From NCBI GenBank assembly GCA_016748015.1, contig JAAOMT010000503.1:459669-523668 (forward strand): a DNA stretch of 64,000 bases, in the 5' to 3' direction. This document shows, piece by piece, positions 49,771-62,202 of the stretch (the stretch's first letter is position 1; each line of letters starts with the position of its first letter). This DNA is from Geosiphon pyriformis uo1. Taxonomy: Eukaryota; Fungi; Glomeromycota. A program made the position numbers and the translations under genes. Under the pieces are notes generated by a model, which had not been told where the DNA came from, made no database searches, and saw only the letters and a program-made list of their open reading frames with translations.

Positions 49771-50034
49771 AAAAGTATTTGAATGCAACGAAACGAAAAG
49801 TTTCCTTGCACGCCACTTAATCGTGTTCTTAACAAAAAAAAAGTTTTCTTGCCTCTCTATAGTGATTCAGAAGAGTTTTTGCCTTTTCTTGTCGTCTTCC
49901 TTCTTCGTTATCCATTATGCGCGTGGTGTGTGAGGGAAAACGCAAAAGAAATGTGCGCTCAAGTCTATTTAAAATAAAATTCTCAGGACGTCACACCGCA
50001 AAAAAAAATGTGACGTCAGGTACAGTACTCCCCG

Positions 50035-50387
50035 GATGTTGATCGGTCCTAACTTTAGGACCGTCGGTACCGCAGTAATTTTAGTCATGTGACAAAGCAG
50101 ACGATTCTATAGGTTCGTCCCACAGATTAACGTGATATTTTTATCATGAACACAAAAAAATGAACTATACGTGACAAAAAGAATTTCGAACATACCATTT
50201 TTTCAAAATATAATGCCAATATTCTCTCTGACTCATTAGCGGCAATAATTAAATCGCAATTTTTTAATCACGTTATAAACACGTGATATGTTCGGATCAT
50301 CCATTTGGATCTCGGTCCGGTCCAGTCCTGCTTGGGACTGACGGTCCTTGGACTGGACCGGACCGGATGGACCGATTAACATCTCTA
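50035..50387. mobile_element. MITE-like element with terminal inverted repeats and GGACC(G) subterminal repeats (hAT-like end)
   Basis: Left GATGTTGATCGGTCC versus right GGACCGATTAACATC(TCTA). The right end reads TAGAGATG on the minus strand. The left tip appears lost and no TSD is visible. Confidence 0.6.
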
Positions 50388-50530
50388 GATTTACCCATTA
50401 AAATGAGGAGATTACACAACATAATTTTCAAGTGTCCCTGACATTAAGGAATCCCAAAAATAAGGAAGGCCGTTATTCTAGAGTCTGCTGAGCTAGGAAA
50501 AAGTTTATCTTTTTTCAAATCCCTAAACAA

Positions 50531-50859
50531 ATGTTGGGAAAGGTCCTCCACCTGGCTGCTGACGTTGTAATGGTTTCAGCTATATTAGCAGGGATAAAGA
50601 AATCATCTGGGTTGACGTGAGTTAGACCCAAGTTTTAATTTGGGCTCCTTATTAAAATTTTAAAATTTTTTCTCCTAGGGTCGCAACTGACAAAATTGAA
50701 GATCCAGACATCAAGAAAGCCGTAGTCACTTGGCTCAATGTCGGAGAAATGGTTGTGGACTATGGTATTGTGTTTATGAAAAACTCCACTGCTTTTAGAC
50801 AAGTACGAGAGAATGATAACGGGGAGAAGAGTACAGAGAAGACAAAATATGGCCACTGA
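50531..50859 (+). CDS. ATG44: Mitofissin Atg44/Mdi1/Mco8 (DUF1748) homologue, 88 aa, 2 exons (50531-50616, 50679-50859)
   Basis: MLGKVLHLAADVVMVSAILAGIKKSSGLT|VATDKIEDPDIKKAVVTWLNVGEMVVDYG..F matches the G+L.H...D......LAGI+R..GL and YL..GE...D pattern of DUF1748. Clean GT-AG intron. Confidence 0.85.
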
Positions 50860-51148
50860 ATCTTACCAGGAAATTATATTAAACTTCTGAAATTTAATGT
50901 TTAGTTCTCTTGATATTGTTTAGTGCACACTGTTGATCAAGAGTAAAACGGCAGAAGGTTTACCTCTTTATTATAAAAAACAATATAGATGTACTAGTAA
51001 TATACCTGGTGTAATTTGTATATTATTATTAGAGTATTTTAAAATTCCCAAGTTCACATCTATAAATTTAAATGATAATCTACGGATATACATATGGTTA
51101 CCTCTCATCATGGTGTGTTAAAACAATTTGTTCAAAGGGCCTTTTTCA

Positions 51149-51537
51149 TTAGGAAGGGGGTTGTTCGATCTTGTAAGTATTCTCTTCTAAGAGCTGTTCC
51201 AAGCGTTGCTTCACCATCGCGACATAGCTGACATCCACGAAAAGATGGGTTTCATCCAAGTCTTCAATGATAAATTTATCATATTCATTCTGAAGACTAA
51301 TAATGACCTGTTTAACAGTTGGATCGCTGTGCAAAGGAATTTTTATTACATAATTTTTCGCCAATGCAAACCTATTCTTAACGAAATCAAGTTTTAGAAC
51401 ACAGGGAACAGTTACCATTCCAATACAGCTCCTTTGTTATTAGACATAAATTTAGAAAGTTGAACTTAGAATTTTAGATAAAATACAACATTCAGACAAG
51501 AAAGTAGAGTCCATTCACCTTTAGCAGCTTTCACCAT
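51149..51537 (-). CDS. TFB5: TFIIH subunit Tfb5/TTDA, 3 exons (51537-51519, 51431-51416, 51326-51149)
   Basis: MVKAAKG|AVLE|CDPTVKQVII...FIIEDLDETHLFV...LEQLLEENTY. Confidence 0.94.
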
Positions 51538-51827
51538 CTCTGTCAATTATAAAGGCGATTCAAAATAATACGTTTGTAAAAAGAGCTATAGAATTCAAAT
51601 AAATGTAGTAATTTGGGTGCGTTTTTGCTTCTCAAGCAACTTTGCGAACAAATAAGTTCTTAAATGATATTATCTTAACAGCATCAGATTTGATATATGT
51701 TTTAGTCAACTTCAAAAAAGAGTTCGATTTGACATTTATCAATTATTACTCTTTGGCACACTTCTTAAACGAGGTATCATTTAATAAGATCCCGGCTTTC
51801 TGAGTTTATTAATTCTGAATATTAAAA
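51538..51827. promoter_or_regulatory. Putative bidirectional promoter between TFB5 and TOR
   Basis: Divergent start codons lie about 290 bp apart. Confidence 0.55.
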
Positions 51828-54800
51828 ATGGATGACATTATGAGTCGGCTGAAAAGCAAGTGAGTTTTAGAGGGGTCTGGTATACAGACTATTAAATGCT
51901 TACATCGAAACTCTCACTTTGCTGTAATTCATAGGAATAAAACAGCTCAACGTAAGGCCGCCTACGATTTACGTGTTTTGGTAAATTTTCTTTTCATTTT
52001 ACATCTTCACTCACCAAGCATTTCAACAGGGAAACACGTTGGAAAATTTGTGCAGAGTTGTACCTTAGTGGTTATTCCTTGCAAAGGCAAATAAGACATT
52101 AAACTAAGCTTACCATGATTTTTATTACATGGTTTCTGGTTTAAATGAAAAATTCAGGACTGCGTTTCTGACCTCTTTCCTTCATCTTTCTTTGATCTAA
52201 TGATCAAATAGGTGGATGGGCAACCGAATGTTTTGAACGAAGCCAACAAACGAATTTTCGAAATGATGCAAGGAGACGTGGCTGACAAGATTGGTGGTAT
52301 AAATGCTATAGGTGACTAATATATTTTTATTAAGTACTCAAAAAAGAAATAAGTAACGTCTATTTTTAAAACCAGATTAGTATCTGGTGTGGTCTTCTAT
52401 TTGTACCTTGCTTAATGAAACTGTACGATATTTTTCATACAGAGTAGAATCTCATTGTACCCACATTCTCCCTTTGTTATAGATGCTTTAATAAATAATA
52501 ATATAGAAACGACTACATTAGCACGCTTCACCAATTATTTAAAGATGGTTTTGCCAAGTGCAGACCCTCAGGTTATGATTCTAGCAGCCAAAGCATTAGG
52601 TAATGTATTTAAACATAAAATATTCTAAAAAAATATTTGATCTTGATTGTCATTAATTTCTGAAAATTTTCAGGGAAGTTGGCAGTGCCCGGTGGAGCCG
52701 TGACTGCTGTCTTTGTACAAAACGAAGTCAATTCAGGGTTGGAGTATTTGCAAGGTAAATCATGACTTCACTCAACATTCCAATGAAACAGAGTCATTTT
52801 GAATCTATCCTAGGTGAACGTCATGAATCCCGGCGATATGCTGCTGCGCTGATCCTTCGAGAACTAGCATACAACGCTCCTACATTGGTATACACATATG
52901 TGCCACAAATCTTGGATTTGATATGGGTTGGTCTAAGAGACCAACGAGTTGTTATACGTGAGGCCTCGGCCGAAGCGTTGAGTGCATGTTTAAAAATAAT
53001 ATATGAACGTGAAAGTAATATGAAGGTTGAATGGTATCGCAAAACATATGACGAGGCTTTAAAAGGGCTTAAGTCGAATAATGTGGATCACATTCATGGA
53101 TCATTATTGGTTTGCCGAGAATTGCTACAGCACACAAAAACGGTTTGGATGGTTTATTAAACCACTTTTGAAGATTGATTTTACGTTTCGTCCGAAAAGC
53201 TTTTAAATTGTAATATTCATTAATTTTATAGTTCATGGCCGAACGTTATAAAAATGTGTGCGAAGCGGTTCTGCGGTTCAAAGATAACCGAGATGGGTTG
53301 ATCCGTCGAACGGTTATATCTTTAATTCCAGATCTTGCAGCTTTTAATTCGCAAGAATTTGTGGCTGCAAATTTGCAAAAATGCATGACATATCTTCTTA
53401 CCCAACTCAAAAAGGATCGAGATCGATCGATAGGTATTTTATTCCTTTGAACATATTGGCTGTCCCGAGTTCTTTGGAAATCCAGCAGATAAGGTGACTT
53501 ATTCGAAGCATATACCTATGATTTCCCAAACAACAGCTTTCACCGCGATTGGTCAGGTCGCTTGCGCAGTTGGTAGTCACATGGGACCTTATTTGGACTC
53601 TATATTGAGCAGTATCAAGGAGGGATTGTCACTTAAAGGGTAAAGGAATTCCCTGCAAATAATTTTCACGATTCATCAACTGTTTTTGTTTATTTAAGTC
53701 CAAATTTTCAGACGAAATCGAAGCGGTAGTGAAACACCGATATTTCAATGTATCGGCATGTTGGCACGAGCAGTAGGGCAAGCGCTTACTAAACACATGC
53801 ACGATCTCTTGGATTTGATGTTTGCATGTGGATTAAGCGAGCCTCTTCGCCTTGCATTAATGGATTTAGCTCAGTATATTCCTCCTTTGTTGAAACCTAT
53901 TCAAGGTGGATATTTCATTATCACTAGTTTTTTTTAGCCTCTTAACGATGTTACATCTATAATATGTTCTGCGATCAAATTTCCCAGAGCGTCTGTTAGA
54001 CATGCTATCTGTGATTCTTAGTGGACAAAAATTTCGTCCTAGTGGGTCACCTCCTTCTGATGCTCAGGCCGACATGCGACGACACCTTGCACAAGTTTCA
54101 GAGATGAAAGACAGTGAGGCAATAACATTGGCTTTAAGCACTTTAGGAAGTTTCAATTTTGAAGGTGAGAACCTAGAATTTATTTGTCTCCTAATAATGT
54201 TCGTATAATTCAAATATTTATAATTAATTTCATCTAAATACTTGAATAATCAAAGATCACAAATTGAATGAATTTGTAAGAGATTGCGTCGTACGTTATC
54301 TCGAAACAGATAATGTGGATGTTCGCAAAGCCGCAGCGCTAACTTGCTGTCGACTATTGGCCCGAGATCCCATCATGGACCAGACAAGCAACCAAGCAAG
54401 CCAAGTGGTCAATGAGGTTCTGGAAAAACTTTTAGCAGTTGGTGTTGCTGATCCAGGTGACTGAATGTCTTATTTGTATTTTGGCTAGATGGAGTCGATT
54501 TCGGTTGATTCTTATAAACATGAGGATAGCAGACGTCAAGAAAAAGACTTGAAATTTTCTCTCCCTTTGATTCCTTTTAATTCCCTCTCTCAAAGAACCC
54601 ACTATTCGTGAAACGGTCTTGTCAAATCTCGATAAAAAATTTGACCGATATCTTTCCCAATCGGAGAATATTCGGTCTTTATTCATTGCCTTGAATGATG
54701 AAATTTTCGCAATTCGTGAGATTACTATTACAATAATTGGTCGATTGGCCGCCTACAATCCAGCATATATAATTCCATCACTTAGAAAAACTCTTATCGA

Positions 54801-57800
54801 GATTTTAACTGAACTGGAATATTCAAGCGTTAGGTGCGAGCATAAAGTGGTTCTAATTAACCTTGATCCTCATTAAATTTCATAATATTTCTCGCTGTCG
54901 TTAGTCGAAAAAAGGAAGAAAGCGCGCGGCTTCTGGGTTTATTGGTTTCTGCTTCTCGCAAACTAGTAGAGCCTTACGTGCAACCGATTCTTTCAGCCCT
55001 CATACCAAAATCACGGGATTCAAGCCCCGCGGTTGCCTCTAGTGTATTAGGTGCAATAGGCGAGTTAGCCCGGGTTGGAGGCGAGGTTTTGATTCCCTAT
55101 CTGGATGACCTGATGCCATTGATAATAGAGGCATTACAAGATCAAAGCTCAACAATAAAACGAGACGCCGCATTGAAGACTTTAGGACAACTCACCAGCA
55201 ACACTGGATTCGTTATCGAACCCTACCTCAAGTATCCTTCTCTGCTTAATATTTTGATCAATATTTTGAAAACCGAAACATCCCCATCCATAAGACGCGA
55301 GACTGTAAAGTTAATTGGCATATTAGGAGCTTTGGATCCTTATCGGCATAAGGTAAAGCATTAATTGCAAAAATTTATAAATGGACTGTTTTCGAAATAA
55401 AACTGAAATATCTTTATGTTAGATAACAATTGGCTCCGAGGATGAGGCTGATCCAAAGACGTCCAACGCTGATTCATCCTTACTAATGAGTGGAATGGGC
55501 CCTTCTTCGGAAGATTATTACCCCACTGTAGTCATAAATGCTTTAATGAGGATTTTAAGGGATCCTTCTTTGGCTACTCACCATACAGCCGTGATTCAGG
55601 CTGTTATGTATATGTTCAATACCCTTGGGCTAAAATGTGTTCCCTTCTTGCCTCAGGTACTTTAATATCATTGATGAGCTCGTTTATTTTGCTTAAGAAC
55701 TTTAATTAGACCATCCTTTTCTCTTTCTTTAGATTATACCTGGTTTTTTGGGTGTTATGCGAACATGTCCGACTGGCATGCTGGAGTTTTACTTTCAACA
55801 ACTTGGTATTTTAGTCGCGATTGTTCAACAGCATATTAGAAATTATCTGCAGGACATTTTTTCTTTGGTTCGAAGCTATTGGAATCCTAGCTCCTCAATA
55901 CAAATTACTATTATTGACCTTGTCGAGAAAATTGCCATTGCTCTTGACGGAGAGTTTAAAAATTATTTGCCCACATTACTTTCACACATGCTCCAAATCT
56001 TCGATGAGGATAAAAGTGAGAAACGCCAGCCCACGCAAAAAGTTTTGCATGCTCTCATTGTTTTTGGGACAAATATTGAAGAGTACATGCATCTTGTTAT
56101 TCCTGTTGTCGTCAATCTCTTGGAGAAACCGGATGTTCCTAGTTCATTAAGAAAATCTGCGGTAGTCACTATTGGACATTTGTCGAAAAAAGTTAATTTT
56201 TCAGATCATGCTTCTCGGATCATTCATCCTCTAGCCCGTGTTCTCGCAATGCCTATGTATGAACTGAGAATGGCCGCAATGAATACTCTTTGCGACCTCG
56301 TTTATCAACTTGAAGCAGATTACGCTATCTTTATCCCAATGATTAATAAGGTAAAATATTTATTTTTTCATTTATCATAATCAATTGGCAATGAATGAAG
56401 TAATACCTGTTGATTTTTAGGTTCTTCAAAAACATCGCATCCAACATCAAGATTATGAAATCCTAGTCTCCAAACTTTTAAAGGGAGAAGCTTTACCACC
56501 AGCTGACGATAGGCAAGTTCTAAAGTTCTCCCTTCATTTTTATCCTTGTGCTTAAGGTTTGGATAATCATTATGACACGTGGGTACAGGTACAAGGATTT
56601 GAAATCAGATTCAACTCCCGCTGCAGCAGCGAGTGAAAAAAAATTACCCGTGAATCAGCTGCATTTGAAAAATGCATGGGAATGCTCTCAGCGATCTACC
56701 CGCGATGACTGGTCTGAGTGGATTCGTCGCTTGAGTGTCGAATTGCTTAAAGAATCACCATCCCATGCATTGAGAGCCTGCGCCAGTTTGGCTGGAGTTT
56801 ATCAACCTTTGGCACGAGAACTATTTAATGCTGGGTTTATTTCGTGTTGGTCAGAGCTTTATTATCAATACAAGGCAAGCATGAGAAAGATGGAATCGAA
56901 GTTTTGCCAAGTTCCTTTGCTAATTAAGTACTTTCAATCCATTTAGGATGAATTAGTTCAATGCTTGGTGTCTGCTCTACGCTCCCAAAACACACCACCA
57001 GAGATAATTTCTATAATACTTAATTTGGCAGAATTCATGGAACATTATGACAAGCCGCTACCAATTGAGATCAAGACGCTAGGTTCTTATGCCGAAAATT
57101 GTCATGCCTACGCCAAAGCTTTACATTATAAAGAACTCGAATTTATTTCGGCACCATCCACAGAGATAATTGAACAATTGATTCAAATCAACAACCAATT
57201 GCAGCTTCCTGATGCCGCCATTGGTATTCTGACTCATGCTCAACAGACACCCAGTTTGAAAGATCTACAACTAAAGGAGAACTGGTATGAAAAATTAAGT
57301 CAGTGGGATCTTGCTCTGGATGCCTATACTAAGAAACGTGAAGAAGATCCCAATGATTTTGAATCTACTATGGGCGTAATGCGTTGCATGAATTCCCTAG
57401 GTGATTGGGAAGGCCTCTCATCTTTGGCTCAGGAAAAGTGGGCGGATGCTTCCCAGGAAATGCGTAAACAGATTGCCGGCCTGGCCGCCTCAGGGGCTTG
57501 GGCCTTAGGTCAATGGGGATTAATGGAAGATTATATTTCAACCATGAAACAGGATTCTGCTGATCGCACCTTTTTCCAAGCAATATTAGCATTGCACAAA
57601 AACCAATACAGTGATGCAGTGCGTCATATAGACAAAACGAGAGATTTGTTAGATACTGAGCTAACAGCCATGGTCGGTGAAAGCTACAACCGAGCATACA
57701 GGTGTGTGACTTTTGTTGCTCCAGAACAATAAAAAGATGTTACAATTAATCAACTTTATTTCAAAAGTGTCGTGGTTCGCGTGCAAATGTTAGCCGAACT

Positions 57801-60800
57801 TGAAGAAATAATCACATATAAACAATTTGCAGATCAACCTGATCGACAAGCAACTATAAGAAAAACATGGATGAAGAGGTAGATGACATGAAAATGAGTG
57901 TCTTTGTAGATTCTTAATATATATGATAAAATTTTTAACAAATAAATTTCCAACTGCAGATTAAAAGGATGCCAAAGGAACGTAGAAGTTTGGCAAAAGA
58001 TACTCAAGGTTCGCAGCTTGGTAATTACACCTAAAGAAAACATGGAGATGTGGATCAAATTTGCAAATCTTTCCCGAAAAAGTGGACGTCTTGAGTTGGC
58101 AGAAAAGACTCTTAGAGAGTTGCTGGTTGGCGATCAAAAAATGGTCGTAGTTCATCCATCGGTAAGTCCATTGTAAATACTTGAAATAGTTTTCCATGTG
58201 AGTTAGTTCACCTATCTATTTAACCTCTAGATTCTGGCAAGAGCTGCCCCGCAAGTTATGTACGCCCACTTAAAATGGATGTGGGCAAATAAAGATCGCA
58301 CAGAAGCCCTAGATTTTCTTCGGGATTTTACTACTCGAATGTCAACCGATACTCGGGGCGGTTCCGAATTACTTGCCCGATGTCACCTTAAGAAGGGTGA
58401 ATGGCAAATGGAATTGCAGGACGATTGGAGTGCAGTATGTATCCATGAAGACCTGGATTATTATAATGGCTTCAATTTTAACTTTTGATTTCAATTTGTT
58501 GAACCAATAGGAAACCATCCCTGACATTTTACAATCCTACAAGCTTGCCACAGTCCATGATCAAAATTGGTATAAAGCTTGGCATGCATGGGCTTTAGCT
58601 AATTTTGAGGTTATTTCTCACCATGAAAAATTGCATAATTCTGAGAACTCAATCGAGGGTCTGATAGCCTCTGAAGCTCCTGATGAATCTACATTGGCAC
58701 TACATCAAGAGTTACTTGCTTACATTGTACCATCCGTCCAAGGTGAGAAATATGGGATATCAATTTTTATTTTAGACCAGCTTACTTTAACTTCATGGAG
58801 ATTGCTCATTTATGCTTCCTTATTTAATCAATAGGATTTTTTAAATCAATTGCTCTTTCACGTGGAAATTGCCTCCAAGATACCCTGCGATTACTCACAT
58901 TATGGTTTAAATACGGCTATTTAGAAGAAGTCGTTACAGCTCTCAGTGAAGGCTTCAATACTGTCAATATCGACACTTGGCTTGAAGTAATCCCCCAGGT
59001 GTGTGTGATTTCTTTGTTTTACCAGGAGCCAAGGCCTTTATTGATATTGATTAGTTGATAAATCGAGCTCAACATTTTGTCTTTACCCTATGCAGCTCAT
59101 AGCTCGAATACACGCTGCGAATCCAAATGTACGACGACTCATTCATCAACTTTTGGCTGAAGTAGGAAAAGAGCATCCACAAGCCTTGATCTATCCATTG
59201 ACGGTTGCCTCCAAATCCCAAAGCCAGAATAGACAACGAGCTGCTTTGGCGGTTATGGACAAACTTCGTGCACATAGTCCTGTACTTGTCGATCAGGTAG
59301 AAAATTTTCTTTATCTCCCTCAGTTATGTATAGCATACCTATTGGTAACTATACAAGTTCTTCAATTTTGTATAGGCTCTCCTTGTTAGCAAAGAACTGA
59401 TTCGGGTTGCCATCCTATGGCATGAAATATGGATGGAACAATTAGAAGAGGCCTCAAGGCTATATTTCATCGACCATAATTACGATGCAATGTTTCAGAT
59501 CCTTGATGAATTACAAGAGCGTCTGGATAGAGTAAGATTCAAGCTTTTTACGCTAATAAATCGCTAATTAATTTCAAATTAATCATATCTTTTTTAAAGG
59601 GACCTGACACCTTGCGAGAGATTGCTTTTGTTCAAGCATACGGGAGAGAGTTGCAGGAAGCCGGTGGATGGTGCAGGAAATATAAACAAATAGGCGAACT
59701 TACCTACCTTGCTCAAGCCTGGCAAATTTACCACGATGTAAACTCTAATCTGATTTCACTTGAATTTATTGCGATTAAGATAAATGCCTACATCCAGTAA
59801 TACTCGTTTATCACCTGGTAGTTGTTCAAGAAAATTACCGCTCAGGTCACGACTATTACCACATTAGAATTGCAATATGTCTCGCCCAAGTTACTTGCCG
59901 CACGTGACCTTGAGTTGGCCGTTCCAGGTTTTAACCCAAAATCAGCGTTAATTTTTTGTCTTGATTAACCATTTCCTTTTTCATGAATTATTATCTTCAA
60001 TTGACAGGGACATATCGAAGTGGAGAACCTGTCATCAAGATCAACAGCTTTGTAGCGACGGTTAATATATTTTCATCCAAACAGCGCCCACGAAAGTTTA
60101 ACCTTTTAGGTAGCGATGGACGCGAATATCAATTCTTATTAAAAGGCCATGAAGATCTGCGCCAAGACGAAAGGGTTATGCAACTTTTTGGTCTGGTTAA
60201 CACCCTGCTTACAGTTAATCCTGAAACTTTCAAACGACACCTTCATATTCAGCGATATTCAGTGACACCACTTACTCCCAACATTGGACTCCTTGGCTGG
60301 GTTCCCAACTGTGATACGTTGCATAACCTCATTCGTGATTATCGAGAGAGCAAAAAGATTTTGCTAAATATTGAACACAGGCTGCTTTTACAGGTTAGCG
60401 TCAGCTAAAGTGCTTATTCTATTTATAATCAAAAAAATATATCTCTCCATCTCAACTGTATACTCCAATTATTATCTTTAGATGGCTCCTGATTACGATC
60501 AATGCTCTATTCTTCAAAAAGTTGAAGCATTTGAATTTGCTTTGGCTAATACAACTGGACAAGATTTGTATAAAGTATTATGGCTCAAGAGCAAAAACTC
60601 GGAGGCCTGGCTAGATCGAAGGACCAACTACACACGTTCCTTGGCCGTGATGTCGATGGTTGGCTACATTCTTGGATTAGGTGATCGTCACCCTTCAAAC
60701 ATAATGCTAGACCGTTTCACCGGGAAAATTGTCCACATTGACTTTGGTGATTGTTTTGAAGTCTGTAAAATTTTATTAAATTATTTATTTTGAGCCTTAA

Positions 60801-61488
60801 AAGAATTCAGTAATAAAATTTATGTATCTAATCTCCGCAGGTTGCCATGACACGAGAGAAATATCCTGAAAAAGTTCCATTCCGTTTGACCCGCATGCTA
60901 ACGAATGCAATGGAGGTAGGATTCACCAAGTTCATTATAGATTTACCAATATCATAATCTTGATAGATCTTTATACATTAGGTCAGTGGTATTGAAGGTA
61001 ATTTCCGTACCACATGTAAGGCTGTGATGAATGTTTTGAGAAACAACAAAGAGAGTTTGATGGCTGTACTCGAGGCTTTTGTTCATGACCCTTTGATCAA
61101 TTGGAGAATTATGACAGCACCAAGTCCTCGTCAAGGTTTGTTTTTACATCAAGACTTTTATTCTAAATTTGATCATAGGGTATTATGAAAAATCTATTTA
61201 TTTTGATAGATGGCGAGAACTTAATTGCGGCCCCGTCAAGTAATCGCCGAGCTCGTGATATTATCCATCGTATATCAAATAAATTAACAGGTGTTGTACC
61301 TATTACTATTTTGAAAGACTTGTGCATATTTTTCATTTTTGTTGAATTTATTGCTGGTTTATATAGGCAAAGATTTCAAAGAAACCGAGATCCTGGATGT
61401 TCCATCCCAAGTAGATAAATTAATTCTACAAGCTACATCCGTGGAAAACCTTTGTCAGTTGTATATTGGTTGGTGCGCATTTTGGTAA
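51828..61488 (+). CDS. TOR: Target of rapamycin (PIKK) kinase, more than 30 exons
   Basis: HEAT repeats; FAT ([16 protein letters not shown]); FRB ([17 protein letters not shown]); kinase ([46 protein letters not shown]); FATC ending [12 protein letters not shown]. First exons are less certain. Confidence 0.96.
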
Positions 61489-62202
61489 ATAGATAGCCAT
61501 CTTGAGATCTAAGGAGAGGAATTCCAGTCGTCCTTCACTTCGGTGGCCTCTTCGTTCACTTTTTCCCAAGGGAAAAGCAACCAATTAGAATCCTAGCTGA
61601 AATCTCCAGAAATTCAAGGAGAATCTTACCTTGCAATATATCATAAAGTTCTGCAAAGAGAACAACAATAACGGCAATGAATTCTCCCTCACCGAGCAGT
61701 GTTGGCAGGTAGTTCTGATTTCGCTCGTTATCAGATTAATCCGAACAAATGGATCCAAATTGGGCCTAATTTAGGAAATATATAAGTTATGCCTTTGTCT
61801 TTTAAAAATAATTTAATCAATTTCTTGATCATTTTACATGAAATAAACTTGTTTTCATCGCTATATTCAGTGTCTCAATTAGGCCTTGCTGAACAAGTAA
61901 AAAAAGCAAAATTATGCATGATGACGTTTTGTGACAATCTGCTCCTTTTGTGTTTTTGATTTAAAAAAAACTTATTGGAGACTAAAAATAAAATCTCTAC
62001 GGTCTTACGAAATTCTTTATCTCCCTTTCGCAAGTCCTTATTAACCCCTTGAATTTAACATAAGCGATTTCTCCCCACTTAGTCTCTCCCACATACTTCT
62101 CTTTTGAGTCATCGATCCTTCCGCTAGTAGTATTCTCACATATCCACTTGTAATTTTATTAGCAAGACTTTAAATAGCAGTAGGAAATAAAGCTCTCAAA
62201 AA

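Noticed and set aside
57368-58197. Antisense ORFs overlapping TOR (and similar ones over SMC4 and the kinase)
   Set aside because: Shadow frames of conserved exons with no independent motifs.
5661-61488. U12-type (minor) introns, which some Glomeromycotina have in large numbers
   Set aside because: No RTATCCTT donor at any exon boundary I traced in SMC4, the kinase or TOR. Donors are degenerate U2-type (GTTCAA, GTTTAT, GTCTGT, GTGTGT).
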